Notes under the pieces: model-generated
What the model saw: the letters and a program-made list of their open reading frames with translations, nothing else
Told to the model about the DNA's origin: nothing
The model's database searches: none
Shown: positions 57,316 to 64,000 of the stretch, one piece after another
How positions within the stretch are numbered: the stretch's first letter is position 1
Layout: each line of letters starts with the position of its first letter
Assembly: GCA_046314755.1 (NCBI GenBank)
Contig: JBKDBG010000002.1
Coordinates: 14,765-78,764, forward strand
Reading direction: 5' to 3'
Origin: Bacteroidota bacterium
Lineage (GTDB): Bacteria > Bacteroidota > Bacteroidia > UKL13-3
DNA: 64,000 bases
Translations under genes and position numbers: made by a program

Positions 57316-58389
57316 TTATGAATCGCCATTATTTTCTCCTCTATCGTAAGCTTTAATAATGTCTTTTACTAATCGGTGTCTTACCACATCTTCAAAACTT
57401 AAATAAGCAAAATGAATTCCTTTAATGCCTTCTAATATTTTTACAGCTTTTAGTAAACCCGATTGACTGCGCTTTGGTAAATCAATTTGTGATAAATCTC
57501 CGGTAACGATAAATTTCGCATTAGGGCCCATTCGCGTTAAAAACATTTTTAACTGCAAATCAGTGGCATTTTGTGCTTCATCTAGTATTACATAGGCGTT
57601 ATCCAGTGTTCTTCCTCTCATAAATGCCATTGGTGCAATTTCAATCACCCTTGTTTCAATATATTGTTTGAGCTTTTCAGGTGGAATCATGTCATCCAAG
57701 GCATCATAAAGCGGACGTAAATAAGGGTCGATTTTTTCTTTTAAATCACCCGGTAAAAAACCGAGATTTTCTCCGGCCTCCACTGCAGGGCGAGCTAAAA
57801 TAATTCGTTTGATCTCTTTGTTTTTTAATGCTTTAACAGCAATGGCTACAGCGGTGTATGTTTTACCTGTGCCGGCCGGTCCAATGGCAAAAAGAATATC
57901 ATTTTCTTTCATCAACTCCACCATCTTTTTTTGATTTGGAGTTTTTGCTTTGATTACTTTTCCTCCATTACCATACAAAATTACTTCCTCATCTTTGTCA
58001 ATGTGTTCACTGATTTCGGTATGTGGTTTGTTTTGCATGCCAAGTAAATTCATAATGGTATCCTCGTTTAATGCACCTCTTTGTTCACTTACCTTACAAA
58101 TTTGATGTAAAGTATTTTCAAATTGTTCAATCTCTCTAATGTCGCCATTTACAAACAAATGGTGCCCTCTCGAAACTATTTTAAGCTTGGCGAAATGATG
58201 CTGAAACAATTTGAGGTTCTTGTTGTGCACGCCCAATATGTATGAAGGTTCAATTCCTTCCAGGGTAATTTCTTTTTGAATCAATTGTGTATACCTTTTA
58301 ATGTTATTAACTGCAATTAAGCTACAATGTTTGAAATTTAGTGTATCAGCCTCATTAATTCTGCTTAATTTTACACCAAAATATTTCAT
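57316..58389 (-). CDS. phoH: PhoH family ATPase
   Basis: 357 aa. Walker A GPAGTGKTY, VILDEAQN, and the C-terminal HRLV motif of PhoH. Confidence 0.9.
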   Translation of the reverse strand: MKYFGVKLSRINEADTLNFKHCSLIAVNNIKRYTQLIQKEITLEGIEPSYILGVHNKNLKLFQHHFAKLKIVSRGHHLFVNGDIREIEQFENTLHQICKVSEQRGALNEDTIMNLLGMQNKPHTEISEHIDKDEEVILYGNGGKVIKAKTPNQKKMVELMKENDILFAIGPAGTGKTYTAVAIAVKALKNKEIKRIILARPAVEAGENLGFLPGDLKEKIDPYLRPLYDALDDMIPPEKLKQYIETRVIEIAPMAFMRGRTLDNAYVILDEAQNATDLQLKMFLTRMGPNAKFIVTGDLSQIDLPKRSQSGLLKAVKILEGIKGIHFAYLSFEDVVRHRLVKDIIKAYDRGENNGDS

Positions 58390-58404
58390 TTTTATAAAGT
58401 GTCA

Positions 58405-59175
58405 ATGATAACCTTATTAAGTGATTATGGTTCTAATACTTCATACTTGGCTTCATTAAAGGCCAAGTTATCAGGTTTATTGCCTCAAGTCACTGTTATC
58501 GATATTTCACATCAGTTACCCCCGTTTGACTTGTTGCAGGCTTCCTATTTACTTAAAAATGTAATGCCTGATTGTAAAAACGGAACGGTTCACATTGTAG
58601 CCATTGATACCAATTTAAATGTTCACAAAAACTTGCTGGTTGGGACTTTGGATAACCAATGGGTAATTTGTGCTGATAATGGTTTTTTTTCCATGTTATC
58701 GGATAAATGGACCGATGTTTTTAGGTATCAACCGCAATTGTTTGAAGCCAATACCCTTAATCCGGAAAAAAATATCTTTACGGAAGTAGCCCAAAAATTG
58801 CTTCAGCAATCACCTGTCGAAACATTTTTAGAGGCTTACAACACCATGCTAAAAGTGGAAGCGCTTAAACCGGCTATGGTTGATAAACAAGTACGTGCCA
58901 CGGTAGTTCATGTGGATGGCTATCAAAATGTGGTACTGAATTTTACCAAGTCTGATTTTGATGAATTGATTGGTGATAAATCATTCCGTATTTTTTACAG
59001 GCGAAGAGAATCAATAGGCATGATTCATCAAGATTATTCGGCAATTAAAGAAGGTGATGTGGTTGCCGTATTCAATGAAAATAATTTTTTAGAGTTGGCC
59101 ATTAACAAGGGTTCAACCAAAGCCCTTTTAGGATTAAGGGTAGGAGATAACGTAATAATTGAATGGTATGATTAA
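58405..59175 (+). CDS. SAM hydroxide adenosyltransferase / SAM hydrolase family protein (DUF62)
   Basis: About 256 aa (GTG alternative at 58399). The N-terminal ITLLSDYG..YLASLKAKL..VIDISHQLPPFDL pattern is characteristic of the family. Confidence 0.7.
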   Translation: MITLLSDYGSNTSYLASLKAKLSGLLPQVTVIDISHQLPPFDLLQASYLLKNVMPDCKNGTVHIVAIDTNLNVHKNLLVGTLDNQWVICADNGFFSMLSDKWTDVFRYQPQLFEANTLNPEKNIFTEVAQKLLQQSPVETFLEAYNTMLKVEALKPAMVDKQVRATVVHVDGYQNVVLNFTKSDFDELIGDKSFRIFYRRRESIGMIHQDYSAIKEGDVVAVFNENNFLELAINKGSTKALLGLRVGDNVIIEWYD

Positions 59176-59464
59176 TAGAATAGTTCGGCTATCATTTGAA
59201 CCTGAAAACGTAAATGCATTTTTGGAAATATTTGAAAACAGCAAACATCAAATAGCTAATTTCCCAGGATGTTGTGGGTTAAAATTGCTACAAGACGCTA
59301 ATCATGCCCATGTGTTTTACACTTATAGTTTATGGCAAAATCCTGATGATTTAGAAAATTATCGTCAGTCCGATTTATTTAAATCAACTTGGGCTGCAAC
59401 TAAAGCCTTATTTAACGATAAACCCATGGCCTTTTCCACCATTATACACCAGCACGTAAAGTAA
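59168..59464 (+). CDS. antibiotic-biosynthesis-monooxygenase (ABM/Dabb) fold protein
   Basis: About 98 aa (TTG alternative at 59159). A ferredoxin-like pattern is present (IVRLSF..F..IF..S...I..FPGC..L.LLQD......F.TYS.W...DDLENYRQS.LF). Confidence 0.6.
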   Translation: MINRIVRLSFEPENVNAFLEIFENSKHQIANFPGCCGLKLLQDANHAHVFYTYSLWQNPDDLENYRQSDLFKSTWAATKALFNDKPMAFSTIIHQHVK

Positions 59465-60255
59465 TGCGATTATTTATTCTTGCATATGTTATTCTATTCG
59501 CTTTGCCGCTCTGGGCAAATGATGATTCATTGCGTATTGAGTCTATAAAAGGCCTGCGCTTTATTATTTATAAAATAGATAAACAAGATGACTTACGCTT
59601 GATTGCTCAACGATTTGGCGTAACGATTAATGACATACTTACCACAAATCAAATCAATCAATCTGAAATTAAGAAAGATGATTTGATAAAAATTCCTTTA
59701 CTCAATACAGAAAAAAAAGACACCAATAAGGTTGATGAAGCGCATGCCAATGCGCAGTCTCAAGAAATTACAAAAACGATTTATCATACGGTTCAACAAG
59801 GTGATAACATTAAAAGTTTAGCCAAAAAATACCGATTGACTGAGGCGCAATTGACTAAATGGAATAACCTTAAAAATGGCAAGTTGTTAAATGGGCAGTT
59901 ACTTATTGTAGATGAATCTGCGCTGGCAAAACCGTATTTTAGAATAAACGGACCCGAATCTGCATGGCCGAATCCAAATAATACCGTTAGAAAAACTCAA
60001 GATAGCATTTATGTACAAACAGGAATGGCAGTGTTTGAAGAAGAGTTTCAGGTGTTACATCCAACATTGCCTTTGGGTACATTAATCAGAGTAATCAATA
60101 CAACAAATAATAAAGAATGTATTGTGCGTGTAACCGGTAAACTTGATGCTGAAAAATACCCATCAATTCTAATCACAATTGGTAAAGAAAATCAATCACA
60201 ATTGGAGGTAAGTTCTGCAGCCATTCAAGTTAAAATTCTTTATTCTAAACAATAA
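59464..60255 (+). CDS. LysM-domain / RlpA-like double-psi beta-barrel protein
   Basis: 263 aa with a signal peptide. It has two LysM units (YKIDKQDDLRLIAQRFGVT.., YHTVQQGDNIKSLAKKYRLT..) and a C-terminal PLGTLIRVINTTNNKECIVRVTGK, which is RlpA-like. Confidence 0.7.
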   Translation: MRLFILAYVILFALPLWANDDSLRIESIKGLRFIIYKIDKQDDLRLIAQRFGVTINDILTTNQINQSEIKKDDLIKIPLLNTEKKDTNKVDEAHANAQSQEITKTIYHTVQQGDNIKSLAKKYRLTEAQLTKWNNLKNGKLLNGQLLIVDESALAKPYFRINGPESAWPNPNNTVRKTQDSIYVQTGMAVFEEEFQVLHPTLPLGTLIRVINTTNNKECIVRVTGKLDAEKYPSILITIGKENQSQLEVSSAAIQVKILYSKQ

Positions 60256-61486
60256 TCTTTTTGCTTTTTACTAAGTGTCTTGAAGTAAAAATCAAGGTGA
60301 TGGCTACTGCCACTCCAATTTGTGTTTCTAACATGGCCTCAAATTGAAAAGCTAAAATTAAGGTGAGATAAACAACTTGCAGGTATTCGTATCTAAAATA
60401 TTGATCAAGCAATGGAACAGAAATAAATGTGAAGCAAAATACCAGAAATCCTACTAATCCGGTTGCGGCTAAGTAATATAAAAATTGGTTATGCGGAATA
60501 ATTGGAGTTTCAATAGTAGGATACTGTGATTTAAATAAGGCATCATTTTCATCTTTCAAATCACCCAAACCACATCCCCATAATATATTTGATTGAAATA
60601 TTTGAAGCCCTGTTTTATAGGATACCATACGGGTTGATAGCGAGTTGTAATTCGGGTCTTGATTGTTTTTGTAAACGTTTACGTCCTGCTTAGTATTTAC
60701 AAATTTATTCCGCATGGTTGGTGATACTGCAAAACTGATTAATCCAATAAGTATGATACAAAAACCGGCAATGGTTATTTGCTTAAAATTTTTAGTGTGG
60801 ATTAAATGATTGAATAATGTTAAGCCGATGATGCCGTATAAAGCAAGAAGTCCACTTCTTACTGAATAAACATGAAGAAAAATAACCAGTAATATGCCTA
60901 TCGTGGCGAGCAACTTTGTTTCTAAAGTGTTTTTAAAATTCAAGTTGTATTTGAGGTGGTTGAATATCATGTAAATGACAAACACCACAAGTAAACTAAA
61001 TCGAATATGGTTAATTGGTCCGGGCATTATTTTCGATTCCAAATACATTTGATTCACGGCATCATAATGCATCAAATAATTTAAAATGATTCCGGAGGCA
61101 GTAATAAAAATGATTCCGGTAAACGAAAATACAACTAACCGGATTCTTTTTAAATCAAAAACCGGAGCACTTGCCCAAATAATTGGTGCGATAAGCAGCG
61201 GAATTTTTATTTGTAATCTTTCGAAGAGGTAATTGTAATTATTGCTGTAGAAAAAACTACTCAACAAAAAGAGGTATCCAAAACAAAATATAAAAAGCCC
61301 TTTATCAGACAATAAATTCCGCAGAATGCTTTTGGGTTGAGTAAATAATAAAATGCATAATAACTGAGACCCCATTGCAATGCTTAAAATAGCAGGTGCT
61401 TTTTCGGCAACGATTATGCCTCCTAATATGAATACATTAGTGATAGCAAATAAGTTAGAATGATTTTCTTTTAAAAATTTTATCAT
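60245..61486 (-). CDS. O-antigen ligase/polymerase family membrane protein
   Basis: 413 aa with about 10-12 TM helices. The large periplasmic loop carries GCGLGD..PHNQFLYYLAATGLVGF, typical of the Wzy_C/O-antigen ligase family. Confidence 0.6.
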   Translation of the reverse strand: MIKFLKENHSNLFAITNVFILGGIIVAEKAPAILSIAMGSQLLCILLFTQPKSILRNLLSDKGLFIFCFGYLFLLSSFFYSNNYNYLFERLQIKIPLLIAPIIWASAPVFDLKRIRLVVFSFTGIIFITASGIILNYLMHYDAVNQMYLESKIMPGPINHIRFSLLVVFVIYMIFNHLKYNLNFKNTLETKLLATIGILLVIFLHVYSVRSGLLALYGIIGLTLFNHLIHTKNFKQITIAGFCIILIGLISFAVSPTMRNKFVNTKQDVNVYKNNQDPNYNSLSTRMVSYKTGLQIFQSNILWGCGLGDLKDENDALFKSQYPTIETPIIPHNQFLYYLAATGLVGFLVFCFTFISVPLLDQYFRYEYLQVVYLTLILAFQFEAMLETQIGVAVAITLIFTSRHLVKSKKIIV

Positions 61487-61505
61487 TTAATCAGTATCAA
61501 TAATA

Positions 61506-61533
61506 CAAAAAGCCTTCTAATAAGAAGGCTTTT
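61506..61533 (-). terminator. terminator after the PaaN-like gene
   Basis: AAAAA-GCCTTCT-aata-AGAAGGC-TTTTT. Confidence 0.75.
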
Positions 61534-61554
61534 TATAGGTATATTCAAATTTGA

Positions 61555-63210
61555 TTATGCATATCTGTTACCAACCCAAACAAATCTCTTAACAATAAAC
61601 TCAGTACTTGTTAAACTCGCATTACCTGCTGCATTTCCTCCGGTTACGTGAAAATCACTAAATGCTGCATGAGAGTTAATAAATGCAGCACCCGTAAAAT
61701 TAAACGAAACAGGAGTGAAAACACTATTCATTTCTTCTGCAATCAATTCTTGGGTTTCAGCATCAGTAGTGTAAGCACCGCAAGTAATCGCACCTTTTTC
61801 TTCTGCAAGTTTTTTAGCCAAACTTATTGATTGTGCCGTATTTTCTGTTTTGATAACAAAAACAATAGGTCCAAAACACTCCTGATTAAATAAATTATAA
61901 TCAGCCTCATTCATTACAACTACTGCAGGCGTAGCGGTTCTCGCGTCTTTAAACTCTTCGTTAACAATATTTTTTGATGCTAATGCAAGTTCACCCCCAT
62001 AAGTACCAATATTGGTTACCCTATTGTAGGTCAACTCGTTTTGAATAGCGCCTAATGTTGGGGCTCCGGCTTTAGGATTATCAACCAACCCGGTTATAGC
62101 CTGGCATAATGCACCTACAAACTCATCAAAAGAAATATTTCCTTCATCGGTTTTTACCCCTTCCTTGGAAACAAATATGTTTTGAGGAGCTGTACACATT
62201 TGGCCGCTGTATAAACAACTGCTAAATGCAATATTACCCAACACGGCCTTAATATCTTTTACACTATCAATAATAATACTATTTACTCCGGCCTTTTCTG
62301 TGAATACGGTCTTTGGCAGTTTTTCAATGTAATCACCAAATTCACTTCCTCCAGTGTAATCAATCAGTTTAATTGAATTTGATTCCGCCAACTTTTTGGT
62401 TATTGGTTGATCAATTTCGTCCGCAGCCAATTGAACAGTGCATGGGTCAAAACCTTGTTCTAATAAAACCTTTTGTATTTCGGCAACTGCTATGGCAATT
62501 GGTAATATTGATTTCGGATGTGGTTTAACAATAGTTGCATTGCCGGTAATAAGGTTAGCATACAATCCCGGAAAGGTATTCCAAACAGGAAATGTACTGC
62601 ATCCAATCACTAAGCCTAATCCTTTAGGTTGTGCCTTCCAAGTTTTTGATAAGGTCAAATCAAATTTACCCATTGGCTTTACCCATTGTGCTTTATGAGG
62701 TATCCTATTGAGTTCTGCATACCCTGTTGCAATGGCTTCCAATGCTCTGTCGTTGCTATGTGGCCCAGATGCCTGAAATGCCATCATGTAACCCTGGCCT
62801 GTAGTGTGCATCGTTGCGTATGCAATATCAAAAAAACGATTTTTAATACGATCCAAACTTTCAATCAATATTCCTGCACGAACCTCTGTACTAGCTTTCG
62901 ACCAAACCTTTTGTGCATTCAAACCATTTTGAACATAAGTAGATATACTATAACTTGGATACTTTACACCAATTCCTAATTGCAAAAACGGAGATATCTC
63001 TCCACCAATCCAATTTTCTCCTTTTCCTTGATGTAATTCATCAAAATTATTATTCATTACACTACTTATATAGGCTTTTGCTTTTTGGTCACTGTCTTCT
63101 GCGTATGCTTTTGGGTTTTCAGGATATGGAGTATAGTAACCTCTCGTACCCAAAGTTTTAATTGCATCATCTAAAATAGCCTTATGTTTTTCAAATAAGT
63201 TTTGTGTCAT
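61555..63210 (-). CDS. paaN: aldehyde dehydrogenase family protein (PaaN-like)
   Basis: 551 aa. Length, the N-terminus (..RGYYTPYPENPKAY) and the catalytic Cys region (SGQMCTAP) fit the long PaaN-type ALDH. Confidence 0.6.
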   Translation of the reverse strand: MTQNLFEKHKAILDDAIKTLGTRGYYTPYPENPKAYAEDSDQKAKAYISSVMNNNFDELHQGKGENWIGGEISPFLQLGIGVKYPSYSISTYVQNGLNAQKVWSKASTEVRAGILIESLDRIKNRFFDIAYATMHTTGQGYMMAFQASGPHSNDRALEAIATGYAELNRIPHKAQWVKPMGKFDLTLSKTWKAQPKGLGLVIGCSTFPVWNTFPGLYANLITGNATIVKPHPKSILPIAIAVAEIQKVLLEQGFDPCTVQLAADEIDQPITKKLAESNSIKLIDYTGGSEFGDYIEKLPKTVFTEKAGVNSIIIDSVKDIKAVLGNIAFSSCLYSGQMCTAPQNIFVSKEGVKTDEGNISFDEFVGALCQAITGLVDNPKAGAPTLGAIQNELTYNRVTNIGTYGGELALASKNIVNEEFKDARTATPAVVVMNEADYNLFNQECFGPIVFVIKTENTAQSISLAKKLAEEKGAITCGAYTTDAETQELIAEEMNSVFTPVSFNFTGAAFINSHAAFSDFHVTGGNAAGNASLTSTEFIVKRFVWVGNRYA

Positions 63211-63360
63211 TGTTTTAAAATTTTGCCTGCAAGATAAATTTCTTCAAATGAATAACAATTACTATTGCAGTATCTTCATGTTTCTTTTCAATCTTTTTAA
63301 ATGATTGTGAAAAAAATGTAGTTGTAAAACAGGGTGATGCAAAAAAAAGAGGTATCAAAG

Positions 63361-63391
63361 TTTGGAGGGAAAGAAAAAGGGTCTACTTTTG
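63361..63391 (+). promoter_or_regulatory. candidate rRNA promoter P1 (-33 TTTG, 19-nt spacer, -7 TActTTTG)
   Basis: TTTG at 63361..63364 and TACTTTTG at 63384..63391 match the Bacteroidota sigma-A consensus TTTG-N19-21-TAnnTTTG. Confidence 0.5.
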
Positions 63392-63498
63392 CCAACCCAA
63401 AAACGAAGGGGAGGTTAGTGTAAAAGTATTGTTAAGGGAAAAGAGGGGGGTAGAGAGATAAGTGTTAGGAAAAAAAATAAAAAAACTTTTCAAAAAAC

Positions 63499-63528
63499 TT
63501 GACAAAACAAAATAAACACTTACCTTTG
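63499..63528 (+). promoter_or_regulatory. candidate rRNA promoter P2 (-7 TAccTTTG)
   Basis: TACCTTTG lies at 63521..63528 with TTG at 63499..63501. The downstream 30 nt resemble those after P1. Confidence 0.45.
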
Positions 63529-63688
63529 CAACCCCGTTAACGAAAGAGAGACGGGGAAAATTAAAAAAGCAATATCGAACCTGAAGAGGTTATTAGATAT
63601 AAAGTTCTTTGAAGTAATGAAATAGCAGACACTAAAGTTGAGAAACTTTAGCAATTTCTTGAGTAAATTCAACAGATCAAAAACTTTT

Positions 63689-64000
<312 letters not shown>

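Overview
This is an AT-rich chromosomal segment from a Bacteroidota bacterium. Supporting signs: the 5' end of a 16S rRNA gene at the right edge, T9SS C-terminal sorting domains, TAnnTTTG-type promoter boxes, and lipoproteins with acidic residues after the lipidated Cys. I support about 64 protein-coding genes, one tRNA-Leu(UAG) and a partial 16S rRNA. Most genes are core housekeeping: dcd, ftsE, prfB (with its +1 frameshift), tig-clpP-clpX, an RSH (p)ppGpp enzyme, fur-like, purA, thrS-infC-rpmI-rplT, dprA, ahcY, gmd-fcl, korA/korB, purC, phoH, hppD-hmgA, a thiolase, an S46 peptidase and a PaaN-like dehydrogenase. I saw no transposase, integrase, CRISPR array or recognisable defence system. 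The clearly non-core parts are these. (1) 28895..31983, between purA and a LOG-family gene: five unassignable genes, including a tandem ~1.1-kb duplication of a lipoprotein plus secreted-protein cassette. It has a mappable junction, one in-frame nonsense codon and two 60-nt blocks of 100% identity. (2) A four-helix-bundle (23S-rRNA-IVS/Avd family) gene sits exactly between the korA stop and the korB start, bounded by inverted arrays of a GTTTTAA heptad. (3) An exact 18-nt copy of the 5' end of tRNA-Leu lies 91 nt upstream of that tRNA. (4) Three tandem small beta-barrel OMP paralogues. (5) A two-gene exonuclease plus ATP-dependent ligase module. (6) A T9SS type-B adhesin with seven ~70-aa repeats. 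(7) Duplicated promoter modules and an 81-nt C-free tract upstream of the 16S gene. All family assignments come from reading motifs by eye. No database search was run, and percent identities and GC statements are estimates.
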